DNA of 64,000 nucleotides, taken from assembly GCF_036321535.1 (NCBI RefSeq), contig NC_087453.1:44330001-44394000 (forward strand). Reading direction: 5' to 3'. Position 1 is the stretch's first letter; every line of letters starts with the position of its first letter. This document shows, piece by piece, positions 1 to 11,849 of this stretch. The stretch comes from Camelus dromedarius. Its lineage: Eukaryota. The position numbers were made by a program, and so were the translations under genes. The notes below the pieces were generated by a model that saw only the letters and a list, made by a program, of their open reading frames with translations, was not told the DNA's origin and did not search any database.

Positions 1-1189
1 GCCAGCAAAGGCTTGTCACGACACACCACGGTGTCTGCCGGGCCGTGGCCTGTCGGTGTGTCTGGACATGGGTAGGAGGCCGCGTCAGCCGTGTGACTGA
101 CAGGTGGGGGGGCCTGCCCTGCACAGAAGTACAGATTCGCCCTGTCATCTTAAAGCACTAAGTACACATTTTGGCATTTGGTCAAAGGCCGCGAGTACAA
201 AATGCTGAAGGAGACATTTGTGTTGATTTTATGAGTCATGGGGCCAGTGAGCTGGCAGTCAAATCACCTGCTTCTGGGGCACCTACATTCTATCCCAGCC
301 GGAGGAGACCATCTGTTCTGTTTTTGCGTTTTTGCAAAGAAAAGGTCCTTTGTGTCACTGCACTCAGACCTGCCCCCCTCACACCCATATCTGTCTCTTG
401 CACTTTCACACGGTAGGCTGGTTCCCTCTGTGCCCAGAAGACCTGCTTTCCCTCTTCCACCAGCCTAGGGATGTTTTCGATGAGAAGTGAAAAGGAGGCC
501 ATGGGCGGTGGCCGGGCGGCGGCCCCAGGGCTGGTTTTCCCGAGGCCCAGTCCTCAGGGGTGGGCAGCAGAGATTCCCAGAGTAGGAGGCAGGCACTGGA
601 GGGGTTTTCCATCCAGCACCAAATAGGAATAGTGGAATGTTCTAGAAGGAGGTGGGGTCCTGGCTCCACCCCAAGGAGACGGAATGGCTGGGGGCAGATC
701 CTGATCTTGCCGGGCTGAGGCCTCCCTCCCTCCAGGCTGTGGTCATGGTGACCACATGGGAGGGTGCCCTGTGCTCGTGATGTGGCCGAAAATAGTTTGC
801 ATGCTGGTGATTTTTACCGTCTGTGTGGGTCCAGTGGTTCTGCTGGTAGGAGGGCTATTATTCTCCTGGAGGCTGATAACACCATAACCAGGATTCACGG
901 TTCTTTTGTTCAGTTATGCACAGAAATATTTGAAAAGTGCTGGTGTAAGGGGCGTTGGCAAACCCGAGGCCCCCCGTCCTGTGTGTACACATTAGCCATG
1001 TAGCCAGAGAGAAGGGGGGCGGGGTGGTAAAGGCCCAGAGGCAACCAGAGGAGGTAAGCAGGTCCCCAGAGTTCACATGAAAGGAAGGGAGCTTGCCTGC
1101 AGCCGCCGTGGGGGCGGTGGGGTGGCAAACATCAGAGTTTGGCCTTCCATGAGCAAGTGTGGTGGTCCATTCAACGGGCAGGATTCCCT

Positions 1190-1445
1190 GTTTAATCTGA
1201 GCTACAGTTCATAAATCAGTCAAATAAAAAAAAAATCCAATCTTGAAAATGTCTAGCGGTTCAGCAACTCTGGGATTAAGTCGGCCGATGGGAGCCGTAA
1301 ATCAGCTGGAAGTAAGTCACCGAGTCTGGGGCAGGATCGAGGAGGGTCGAGGCTGGGCGGGGAGCGGGTACCACCTGACCCGCGGCTGCCGCGCGAGGGG
1401 GGCCGTGAGCCGGACTGACGGCCTCCGGGGCTCTCACCTCCTTGG
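1190..1445. promoter_or_regulatory. Candidate enhancer with two PBX-HOX composite sites next to a CpG-rich patch
   Basis: CATAAATCA 1210-1218 and CCGTAAATCA 1295-1304 (minus strand TGATTTATG and TGATTTACGG); TAATCT 1193-1198; GGGATTA 1272-1278; CpG/GC-box-rich 1330-1440. No repeat recognised. Motif-only evidence. Confidence 0.35.
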
Positions 1446-2104
1446 CAAAGTTTTGAAATGCAGAGTCTCCTAGATCTTCAAGTGCATGAGCACGGCTGGG
1501 CAGCCGCCTCCTTCTGGGATCAGAGTCACCTTGTTTCTCTTGAGGGACGATTGCATTTCTCCTCTGCCTCCCAGTGACACCTCTCTGACCTGCTGTGTTT
1601 ACAGAAAAGAGGTGAAAGGGAAAAGTGCTCTCGGGGCTAGCTGCCCCGCCAGGCCCCACCCCTCACTCCTGTCACCCGAGCAAGCGAGGTGGGAGAGATC
1701 CAGCCGCACCCAGAGCTGCCGGGAGCATCTCTCCGTAGACAGCGGACCAGGAACAGAGACGCAGGGGCTGCCTCTCCTCCCTGAGTCTCCCTGACGGGTT
1801 CCGCGGTCCTGTGAGCATGTGGTGGGAGGTCCTGGTAGGGACAGACTGGGCTTAAGTCTTCACTCTTTAAGGGGGTGTGTTTCATTGTTAACATTTGTCT
1901 AAGTCAGCATTTCCCAGCGGAACTGCCTTGCAGAGGAATCAGGGCCTCAGGCTCAGCGCCGTTCCTGGACCCACTCCTGAAACGCGGGGACGGCTCTAAG
2001 TCAGGTGCGCTCAGCACTGCCAGCTCCCTCCCTCCCTCCATGAACCTGCTCCGGTGCAGGTGCCCCCTCCACCCGAGGATGCACCAGCCGCACTGTTGCA
2101 CCTT

Positions 2105-2260
2105 TAGAAGTGCTGGGATGAGGTGATGCCTGAAGTCGACTCCTTGCCCTGGAGGAGCTGCAGTCTAGGAGGCAGGAGAGAGGTTTAAAATACTGAACAA
2201 TGACAAAGTGTGAGCTCGGGCAGGTCAGAGCCAGCTGCCGCCTGGAGGGAGCAGAGCCCC
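2105..2260 (-). mobile_element. Degraded L2 LINE fragment
   Basis: ctccttgccctggaggagctgcagtctaggaggcagg resembles the reverse of the L2 3' region; heavily diverged. Confidence 0.35.
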
Positions 2261-3134
2261 GTGCTTGTCGTTTGGATCATCAGGATGCTGTGATGGGGGC
2301 ACTCGGGGAGGGCTCAGGTGGGGGGTGCTGGAGGGGTTTTGGGGAGCAGTTATGTCCCAGGTGATGCAGAGTGTTTTGCTACTTTAGCAGCTGGTACATC
2401 CATCCATACCATGTACGGCTGCCTGTGCCCGCCTGATGGATTGTGGGCCCCTCACACCTAAGGAACGGTGCCCAGGGCAGAGGCTCCTCCCACCTGGGGG
2501 CGGGGTGGGTGGGGACTCCCGGAGCTTCGTCCCACAAACTCGCAGGGCATTCGTCCTGAGCCCGCCTCGCTCCTGGGCAGCTGCAGGCGTGGATTTGAAA
2601 AGCGGGGTCCACCCAGCTTGCTCACCTGTAATTACGTTCACTTAACTCTGCATGTCAAGGCTGCACCTGGAGTCAAACGTGTTTAAAGGAACGCTGGCCC
2701 GGGCACCACCGGTGAGGCCAAGCTGCAGCCATTTCGAGGCCTGGTAGTGTCCTGCTGGGCGCAGACAGATCAGGTTGTCATCTGGGGAGGTGGTGCACAC
2801 ATGTGTTTTGTGTTTCAGTTTCAAAAATAGGGCGCTTTACTATCACCATAAAGGTGGAGTTGTGGCATTTACAGGAGAGGAACGCCTGCGCGGAACTTCA
2901 AAGATTATTTCCACCTCGTTTGGGAGATGGTTGCTGAATTGCTGTCCTGGAGCTCCTGGGTCTGGCTGTCTGCTCGTTGTTCTGGGAGGCCTGCTGGCCC
3001 TCATTTGATCCATGCCGTGGTCCTGCTGCCTCGAGGGAGCCGAGCTTTGGGACGCTGTGCGTTTCTGGCTCTGGGTCAACATCCTGTATGGGGGGTATCA
3101 CATTGTCTATGCGTACATTCACACGTGTGTGTGT

Positions 3135-3833
3135 GTGACTTAATTCAGTTCTGACACTGCCTGCCTGGAGATAGCATCCAGTCCCACAGCTTAAGGGCCG
3201 GGTCCGCACGCTGCGCCCGCATCAGACACCAGTCACAGCTCCCGGTAGTCGCCTGTGCTTCTGACCCACCGGCGATAAATGAGAAGGTCCCACAACCTGC
3301 TCCTGGAGTCCAGTGAATTTACTAGATTGGCTCATAGAACTCAGAGAAACGTTGACTTATGTTTACTAGTTTATTATAAAAGATACTACTTACATCAATT
3401 ATATCTCAATAAAAAGGTGGAAAGAGGCTATTAGAAAAGGATGCAGATACAGCCAGCTGAGGAGGGATGCAGGGCCAGGTCCTGGGCGGGGGCTCTGTCC
3501 CCACGGAACTGACCCCACTCCCAGCACATGGGTGTGCTCACCAGCCTAGAAGCTCCTCAGCTCTTGTTGTTCAAGAGTTTTGATGGAGCTTAATCTGCAG
3601 ACCCCGTGTACCCCTTCCCAGAGGCTGGTGGCTGGGGTTGAAAGTTCCAACCCTCTAATCACTTGGCCTTTCTTGGGACCAGCACCATCCTGAGGCTAAG
3701 GGCCCCACCCTAAGTCACTTTATTATATCACAAGGGGCTCCTTAAGAGTAACAAAACCCCTCCCATCACTCAGGGAATTCCAAGTTTGCCAGGAACCAGG
3801 GACCAAGACCAAATATATTAAACATGTATTTTT
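3135..3833 (-). mobile_element. MER21-like solo LTR
   Basis: Recognisable blocks aattcagttctgacact..ctggagatagc, gaactcagagaaac..gtttactagtttattataaa, gaaagttccaaccctctaatcac and ccaggaaccagggaccaagaccaaatata; runs into an N-gap. Confidence 0.75.
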
Positions 3834-3967
3834 NNNNNNNNNNNNNNNNNNNNNNNNNNNNNNNNNNNNNNNNNNNNNNNNNNNNNNNNNNNNNNNNNNN
3901 NNNNNNNNNNNNNNNNNNNNNNNNNNNNNNNNNNNNNNNNNNNNNNNNNNNNNNNNNNNNNNNNNNN
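3834..3967. other. Assembly gap (134 N)
   Basis: Run of N. Confidence 1.
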
Positions 3968-5300
3968 GGCAAAATCATTTGAAAGTAAGTTGCAGGCTAA
4001 CCTTTGCCTCTAAATATTTGGTGCTGACCTCCTGAGAACATACATTCCCCTCCATGAACACACCACCACTCAAGAAACACACTCAAGAAATGGGACAGTC
4101 ACCTGGGAAACTTTTAAAACAATACAGATGAAGCTTTGCTCAGATTGAGACCTGAGTATCAGAAGCATGCAGAATTGTTAGTAATTCACTGAGCGGACGT
4201 TTACCAAGTCACTGGGGTGCACGGCTCACTAGGCTTGGAAGTAAGGAAGCCAAGATCAGAGCAAAGACTGAATTGATAAAGATACTGAAAATATGTGATG
4301 GGGAGAAAGGAAAAAGAAGCTTATGCTGAATGACTTCAGTCTTGGAAAACTGAAAGCCACTGCTACTTCCAGGCTGTTAGATCGTCCAGGAGTCAGTACA
4401 GATCATCTTAAGGAGTGAGATTATCTCATTCTTTCATGTCTAAGACATTGGTTACATTTCAGTGTGTTTCATGTAACTAAAGGTGTTTCAGGACAGCAGG
4501 TTAAAGATGCTATAAGATTCTGTATAGTTCTGTTCCAAAATGTTAAATAAACATTTTTCTTGTCAGAAAAATAATGTCAATAATATATAATCTGTACCCA
4601 TATTGGTATTTCCCACAGTTGTCCCCAAAAGCTTTTTTATGACTTTATTTTTAAACTCTGGGGTCTCGCCAAGCTTCACACGTTGTGTGTGGCTGAGTGT
4701 CTTTAATGAGTGTCCTCGTTCTAGGACCGCTCCTTGCCTTCTTCGTCTTCTCTCCTGCCGTTGACATCCCGACGGGCCCAGGCCTAACTGATGGAATGCC
4801 CGTGCTCTGGGTTGTCTGACTGCCTCTCCCTGATCCGACGCGGGTTGAACATTTTCGGCAGGAATTCCGCATAAGTGGTGTGCCGTCCTCCGCAGCACGT
4901 CACGTCGGAGGCAGAGATGCCAGGGTGTCCCACGGCTGGTCCTGGTGGGCTGGTTACGGTGGCCCCTGGACTGACGCTCTGCACCTGTGCCCCTGTCCTG
5001 CTTCCCGCTCAGCCTGTGGCTCTGGCATCCTCGGAGCAGCCTCAGCCGGGCCAGTTATCATGCCAGGGTTTGCAGAATGTGATTTTCCTCTTCAGCTGTT
5101 TCTCCTACAGCAGCTGGCCTTGCTCTTGGAAAAGGAGCCCTTCCCCATAGTATCACCGTGGATTCTTTTTCACTTTTTTTTTTTTAAGGCAGTTTATTAT
5201 CATCATGTTTTGGTGGGGTGACACTCAGGTTGCCGTTTTGGCCATGAGAGCCCATTCAAGCCGACACGCTCATAAGTGACTTTCCAGACTCACTGCCCCT
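3968..5300 (-). mobile_element. Old L1MC4/L1MC5-like LINE 3' region, interrupted by an insert at about 4091-4571
   Basis: atcatttgaaagtaagttgcagg..ctaaatat at 3975-4020 resumes at about 4572 (ataatgtcaataata..gttgtccccaaaa, ggttgaacattttcggcaggaat, ccagggtttgcagaatgtgattttc, ttttggccatgagagcccattcaagc). Confidence 0.6.
4091..4571 (+). pseudogene. Probable 5'-truncated processed pseudogene fragment; parent gene not identified
   Basis: About 480 bp of non-L1 sequence splits the L1MC. It has a 57-codon stop-free stretch 4156-4329, then about 220 nt of UTR-like sequence, AATAAA at 4546-4551 and gaaaaa at 4566-4571. Confidence 0.4.
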
Positions 5301-6499
5301 TGCTCTCTCCTGCCCAGGTAGTTGAGGCTCGCGAAGACCTGGGGTTTCTCTCTGGCCTGTACCTACCTGTTCTGTGAAATCCAGTGAGACTCGAACAGTT
5401 TTTCTTCCGATGACTGAGCCTCGATCTTAAAAGTCTGGAGCCGGCCCCAGGCCAGACCAGGGCCAGCAGCCACAAGCTCGCGAGGGCCGCCCGCCCGAGG
5501 GCCGCCCTTCTCCGAGGTTGTCGGGGTGCGTCCTCCTTGTCAGCTAGAGCTGGTGAAACAGCAACGAGACACGAAACACGGGGCCACAGGGGAACCCCTT
5601 CGGTCGAGCGGCGTTTTCCTCTGGGGAGAAAGGTAATCTCTGTGCTTCGAGCCTGTCAAGTACTGAGAAGAGTGTCTGCTGTAAACAGAGTGACCTGGAG
5701 GCACCCGGGACCACAGACGTGCTAACTGGTGGGCAGAGGTTCAGGAGGTGGGCGACACGGCTTGGAAACGTCCCAGGACCTGGAGGGTTCACTGAGGGGT
5801 GTTTTTATCAGAGTTGTGCACTTCTTTTCTATGGAAGATCCTCTTTGGTCAGAGCACCTCAAGGAGCCCGCAGGACTAGACGTGCCCGTTCAGGTGACCT
5901 CACCCCCAGGCCAGCCGCGTCTTCAGCCTGTGGTTGGACACCCTCCCTGTCAGCGCCTTCTCTCTGAATCCCACGCCCTGTGGCCTCCCTGGGAGGGCGA
6001 TGTGGGCCTTGAGGCCCAGGGGGACTTTTGCGACCACTCACATGTTTTATGGGACCTTCCGTCAGTGGGGTGCTGGGAACCACACTTACCCACAGGGGAG
6101 ACCAAAGGCCAGCACCTCATTTGCCAAGAGGGCGGAAGAGCTGGCCTTAGCTGGAAAATTGCTCCTATTCCCTGCTGGGTTTTAAGAAGGTGCAAGGCTT
6201 TTTATAGCTTGGCAAACCATTTACCTGATGTCAGCACCATCAACACCGTCATTAGCACTCAGACAAGGCCACTGAATTAGAAATGTCCACTTTCTAGTAA
6301 GTCGGAGGCAAGAACACCTCACTCACAAGATCACCGCGCGTCCGATGGGACCAGGCACGGAGAGCTCCCCGCGCGAGGCCTGGCGTGGGATCAGGGCTCA
6401 GAGAACACGGGCTGAGATGATTCAACATATTTGGTAGCTGCAATGATCTGGCCTTGTCACACTCGAGAATAATTTTTGAAACTGCTCCTTCCTAAGTCG

Positions 6500-6625
6500 C
6501 TCAACTTCTTTCCTCTTATTTCAGTCATTTGCAATCTGGCCGCTGCGGCGGCTGATAAGTTACAAATTGCTGTCTGAGGGCTAATTGGGCTGCCCTCTCT
6601 CCTCATTAGAGGAGGGGAAGTCAGC
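6500..6625. promoter_or_regulatory. Candidate conserved non-coding element
   Basis: Repeat-free; ATTTGCAA 6527-6534, TGATAA 6553-6558, CTAATTG 6581-6587, CATTAG 6604-6609; retained CpGs. Confidence 0.25.
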
Positions 6626-6959
6626 CAGAACACTGCTTTTCTTGGTACTGAGACCGCACGCAGATGCGTCTGAGGCTGTTCTTAGTTTTAAAGTTTTTCC
6701 TTGAGGACTGAGCTCCTCGGTGAGACCGGGCTGCAAACATATTGTCACATCCAAGTTCTAACCCCTTTGACGTCTACCATGGGGCATGTTCACGGCTCCA
6801 GGTGGTGACTGGGAAGTTCTGCTTCTGAGAAAACGTCTCTGTCTTGGATTCACATCAAGAGGCGTTACAGCCGATCCCCCAAACCCCGGGTTCGTGGTCG
6901 CAGAGCTCTGAGGTCGCGGCTTCCCTGGTCATCATCCTTCCCGGACTCCACACCAAGGC

Positions 6960-7140
6960 GATCTGACATCTTTACCCATCCGATTACCCAGAGAAAATCG
7001 AGCTGTTGATTCATTAAAGAGATGCCCTTTGGCGCTGTCTACAGAATGCCAGTTATGCGGCCGGAAATGGCGGCATCAGTGACCTTACTTCTCCCCAGGA
7101 CGTTAGTGCAGTCTGGCATTTGCGTTACTGTTGTGACACA
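6960..7140. promoter_or_regulatory. Candidate regulatory element with overlapping ETS and YY1 motifs
   Basis: CCGGAAATGGCGGC at 7061-7074 in unique sequence. Confidence 0.3.
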
Positions 7141-7611
7141 TACTGTCCCGGGGAGCATCTCCGACTTCTGTTCAGTGAGCTCACCCTCCTGGTATGTTCC
7201 CTTTTCAGTCTTTGCCCCGCAGCCCACAGTCCAGAGGCGCAGCTTTTCCCGGGGATGACAGCTCACGGAGGTGAATGGAAGGCGGGGCATTTTATTTTGA
7301 GAGGACACCTTCTCATTCTTACTCCTGTGTGTCATGCTGTTGCATTCCTGAAATAACTCAGGTGGCCTTCAGGTCACGGTGGGGTCACACCCTGTCAAGA
7401 GAGGAGCCCAGACGGCAGCCTGAGCCCTGACGTGGGTGAGCAGCCCCGTCCGTTCTGAGTCCACGGCCGCTCTCCCTTGTGACCGCCGTGTGGGGCAGGA
7501 GCCAGGCTGCCAGGGCCGGGGGAGGCGCCCCCTCGGAACACAGGTTCCTCCTTCAGCCAGGGCCTGGGAAGCAGCAAGTGGTCTGCTCAAAAGGGGTGAA
7601 GGCGGTAGTTT

Positions 7612-8094
7612 CGTTACTGAGTCCAAGCTCACACTGCTTGCTGCAGGACAGGCCAGTAAATTGAGGGACAAGTGGTTGGGGCAAGGAGTAGCGACTTTAT
7701 TCAGAAAGCCCGCAGACCAAGAAGGTGGTGGACTAGTGTCCCAGAGAACCGCCTTGCCTGAGTTAGAATTCAGGCTTCTTTTACACTAAAAGGGGAGAGA
7801 CTAAAGTCAAACGTTTCCTGGTTCCGGTCAGCCTCTGGAGGGGAGGTGCTAATTTCTGCCTTCCTGGTCATTCACAAGTGGGCCTGGATGTTTCCTGTGA
7901 GCTAAACAAAGGGATTTTAGCTTAACGCTCATGAGCTGGGAGGCCAGGTTCCCAGAGGTGGGCCATGGTGTATAACTTAAGCTTTATAGTCAGCATCCCT
8001 TTGTGATTAACTTATAGCAAAAGCAATAAAATCCAAAGGTGAGAGGAAAAGAAACAGACCTAATATAGAGGCAGATCTGATCTTCCCTGTTACA
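7612..8094 (-). mobile_element. ERV1-class solo LTR
   Basis: Termini cgttact (decayed TG) and tgttaca; 4-bp TSD gttt 7608-7611 / gttc 8095-8098; minus-strand AATAAA at 7701-7696 in the gcgactttattc context typical of laurasiatherian ERV1 LTRs. Confidence 0.8.
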
Positions 8095-9397
8095 GTTCCG
8101 AGAAAGGTCTGCTTACTGAGAAGTGGACAGGGTGAGGGGACCAGGAGGAGGAGATGCAGCCCCGGAGTGTAGCTGTCGTGAGGGGCCAGCACCCCCTGTG
8201 CCTGAGGAACAAAGGAGGGCAGGCCCCCCACACTGTGAGCTGCCGAGGGGTGCTTGACCAGAGAGATGGGCCAGGAGAGGACGAGGAGGGTAAGGGCCCT
8301 GGACGCGGTCCTGGCACCTTTCAGCTCCTGCCACCGGCCCAATGCCCCTGGAGGCCTCAGGCCACGGGAGCTGGGTCTGACCTTTGGGGGTGCAGAGCAG
8401 GGGCGGGGGCACATGGGCTGTGGGTCAGGAGGGACGGAGGGAGAATGTCCAGCACATTCAGTTTTCCTTTTTCATTTTTAAACACAGAACAAAGCTTGTT
8501 TCCTTTGTTTTACGGAAATGGATTCTGGGGAAAGCCAGGAAAAATAAACCCTTGCAATAATGAGGTGCTGTTTAGGGTTCCTTAGGGCTGGACTTTGCGC
8601 CAGGAGAGAGAGGTGGCCGGGCCCTCCCATGAAGGTTTACTGTTCCTTACTTCTATTTTGATTAACGTTTCTTTATTTCTTTAATTGTATTTTTAAAATA
8701 TCCCGTCAGTATTTCACTATACCATGTATTGGATCATTTTGTCCTGTTATGATCCACACAATGGGAAGAGAATTTCTAAAGCCTTGCCCTCTTCTGGTGG
8801 CCAGAGCGGCGGATCGAGGGGAGCACTGTGATCCTCTCCAGCTTTGGGAGGCGGTGGTTGACTCCCTGCGTCCTCCCACTCCGCGGCTGGGCTGCAGAGG
8901 GATGGAGCCGCAGGAGGACGCTCACACCACTTTGTTCCTCCAAAGCCGTGGCACACGGGCCACCAAGAGAAAGGCCTTCCTTCATCATCCCGTGCAAGAG
9001 TCCCCCCAGGTAGGGATGCCAGCGGGTGGAAGACACGAGATGGCGCAGCTGTGCAGCCACGGTATTTGTCACCTGCCAGGACTTCTGCAGAATAAGCAAG
9101 AGAACGCCAGCATGTGTCACACCCAGCACGCCGCTGAGACCCCTTGTCAGCCCCGCGCACTACAGCCTGGGCGTCAGTGGGGTCCTCGACACCTGCCCCC
9201 AGGTGGAGCTCACTCTGCGTGTTTTGTTCTGCGTCCACTTCTGTGTGGCCCTCCTCCTCATCGTGTCGTGAGGGCGGTCCTCATCTGGTCTGCACGCAGC
9301 CCCAGGACCCCTTGCCGCCTTCTTGGCTCATCACGCTCTGGGGTCTACATGCACGTCCTTGTGCTGCCTCCTTTTCTACGAGGTTATGTAGAGACAC

Positions 9398-10750
9398 GTT
9401 CATTCATTCAGTCTGTATTCAGTGGGCATCCACTGTGTGTCACCCCTTCTGTGTTCTGGGACCTGTGGACAAGGAAGAAAAAGCCAGAGTTTCTACCCTC
9501 CTGGAGCCTCCATCTGGGGTTGGGGAGGGGTGGGCAGTGAAGACAAACAGCACTGTGACATGCACTAGGCAAGGACAGTGTGCTAGGAAGTGGTAGGTGC
9601 TGTGAAAAATGGAACCAAGTAAGAGGATTCGGTCCCTGAGAAGGTGACAGGTGAGCAGTCTCTGAAGAAGGTGCAGGAGGGAGCCGTGGAGCCGTGTGTC
9701 TGAGGATGAGCAGAGGGGGCGGACAGCCTGCTTGTGGGTCCACTGCACGGTGCAGAGTCCACGTGGCTGGGGCAGAACGGGGGGGGGGTGTGTGTGTGTA
9801 AGGGCAGGGGGGCAGAGGGGGAGGGCGGAGCCTGACCGCTTGGTGCCGTACGGACCAGCGGAGGTCTGTGGCTTTTCCTGTGGATGGAGAGCCACTTCTT
9901 GGTCCAAGAAGTGATGTGACCAGGCTTAATGTGTTTAAAGGATCAACCAGAATGTGGGTTGAAAATAAAATGTAGGGGATGAGGGTGGAGGGTGGCAGAC
10001 TTGGGAGATTATGAAAATGGTTTTGGCTCAGAGCAGGGTGGTGACAAGGGAGGGTGTGAGGAGACGGCAGATTTTGGCTCCGGCTTGAAGGCTGCAGCGA
10101 CAGGCTGAAGGGATGGATGTGGGTGAGAGAAGATATAAGATCTGGGAATTCTGCAAGGGCTGATGGAGCAGATCCTGGGCGTTCTGTTTTAGAAATGTTG
10201 ACTCTCGGGTGCGCGCTAGGATTCAAGAAGAAATGACGAGGAGGAGGCTGAAGTGTGCACCCGGAGCTCAGTGGACAGTTCAAGGCTGGAGGCAAGAACC
10301 GACAACTCAGCATCAGACACAAGCTGGTACTTACAGTCACCTGACGGAGGACAGCCCCCCGTGGAGTGAGCGTGGACAGAGGGGGTGCGCCCTGCAGGGA
10401 GCCCGCAAAGCAGACTGGAAGGAGCGGCCAGTGACAGGCTGGGAGGACCACAGGGTGTGGTCAGTCCTGGAAGCCCAGTGCCCGGGGAGGAGGCAGTGGG
10501 CAGGGGAGAGGAACCCCGCCGATGCATCGGTGACGCCAAGGCTATTGGTGGCAGGGCCGCGAGCAGGCTCACTGCTGGTGGGGACGAGCTCCTGGTCGCA
10601 ATGTGCTCGGAGGAGGATGGAGTGGGAAGAACTGGGCCATAGAGCTCACTTAGGTAACGCTTTTGAGAAGTTTTGCTGCAGAAGGGCGAAGAGGGATAGT
10701 TCAGTATCTCATGGGAAAGGTGGGAATGAGAGGGCTTCCTACAGTCAGAA
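9398..10750 (-). mobile_element. L2a LINE, about 1.35 kb 3' portion
   Basis: Begins with the (ttca)n tail cattcattcattcagtc..cactgtgtg, followed by the typical purine-rich reverse L2 body. It accounts for the spurious 347-aa ORF 9408-10451. Confidence 0.8.
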
Positions 10751-11849
10751 AAGCACCCGGTGTCTTTGTGTTCTAGTGGAGTGGTCTTTGCTCACCCGAG
10801 TGTAAACGTATTGACTTTACAGAGACTTTCTCTTTTTCGCTTAATAGATTTATGCCACGACTTCATCCCACAGGCGTGCCTTTCCCGTCATCAGCAGATC
10901 CAAACCACCATCATTCCTCTAGGAAATGCCCAGTAAGGCGTCCTTGAGCTCCCGCTTTAGCCCATCTGCTCGCTGGGCGGGTGTAAACCCTCTGACAGAG
11001 CTCAGCAGTACGCCTGCTGCCGCCGGGGTCACTGCAGCGTTTGATTGTATCCTGTTACGTTGCTGCGAAGGCTATTTTGTATGTACTGCTGTTAAATTTA
11101 TTATTTCGTTTACCAGGCAGTGGGAGGTATGGGATCACTGTCTGGGGACAGACGAGACCTCTTTTTCTAGGTCTGCTCCAGAAATGCTTCTTCCCCTTCA
11201 TGGCGGACTCTCCCCGGTTTGTTAGTCTGTGGTCGAGAGCTCATTCGTGAGTCCTGCGTCGGCCGTTTGGCCCGTTCCATCTGCTTTATACACAGTGAGC
11301 ACTGTCCCCTCACCTGTGCTATTTCAAGGTCAAGATTTTGACCTTGGCAGCATGCAGGGACCCCCTGTGATCCGACATGTGAAAGTTTGCTCGTTCTGGC
11401 TTGGAGGCCTGTCCTGTTGCTGGGCATCCCTTGAGCTGGTCGCAATCTGTGTTCAATAATCTGGAGTCTCTAAACATGACCTTAGTGGAAAAGGGCTCTT
11501 AACACACATCATAAACATTTGATACTCCGTTCGTTGTGGCATGATTCTTGGACTAACCAGATCACACGCTCGTATTTTGAAACGTAGTTACGCCTTCATG
11601 TGGAATCAGCCTAGCCGTTTGCGGGGACGAAGTGCTGGTGTCTCTCAGCCAAAGATTTCCCAGGCAGGTTGGCTGGGGAGGGCCCCTCGGCCTCTGGGCT
11701 TGGACCTGCTAAGACTCTGCAGGGCTGGTTTTTCTTCGTGCCAGGCAGCGGGCAGGGGGATGGTCAGAAACTTGGCAGAGCTGTGGCTTGGCCGGTTAGA
11801 TGGTCCCCTACTGTCCAGAGCCTCAAAGGGAGGTGCTGCAGACTGCAAG

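Noticed and set aside
5094-5147. Exon-like segment LFLLQQLALLLEKEPFPI after a pyrimidine tract
   Set aside because: It falls inside the antisense L1MC4/5 remnant and the donor site is weak.
5729-6280. 183-aa ORF
   Set aside because: No recognisable homology and no convincing splice context.
8749-9540. 263-aa plus-strand ORF
   Set aside because: GC-rich open frame running into the L2 tail; no domain or recognisable homology; overlapping ORFs occur in several frames.
9408-10451. Longest ORF (347 aa, minus strand)
   Set aside because: It lies within a decayed L2. The product is P/S/L-rich and low-complexity with no recognisable RT motifs.
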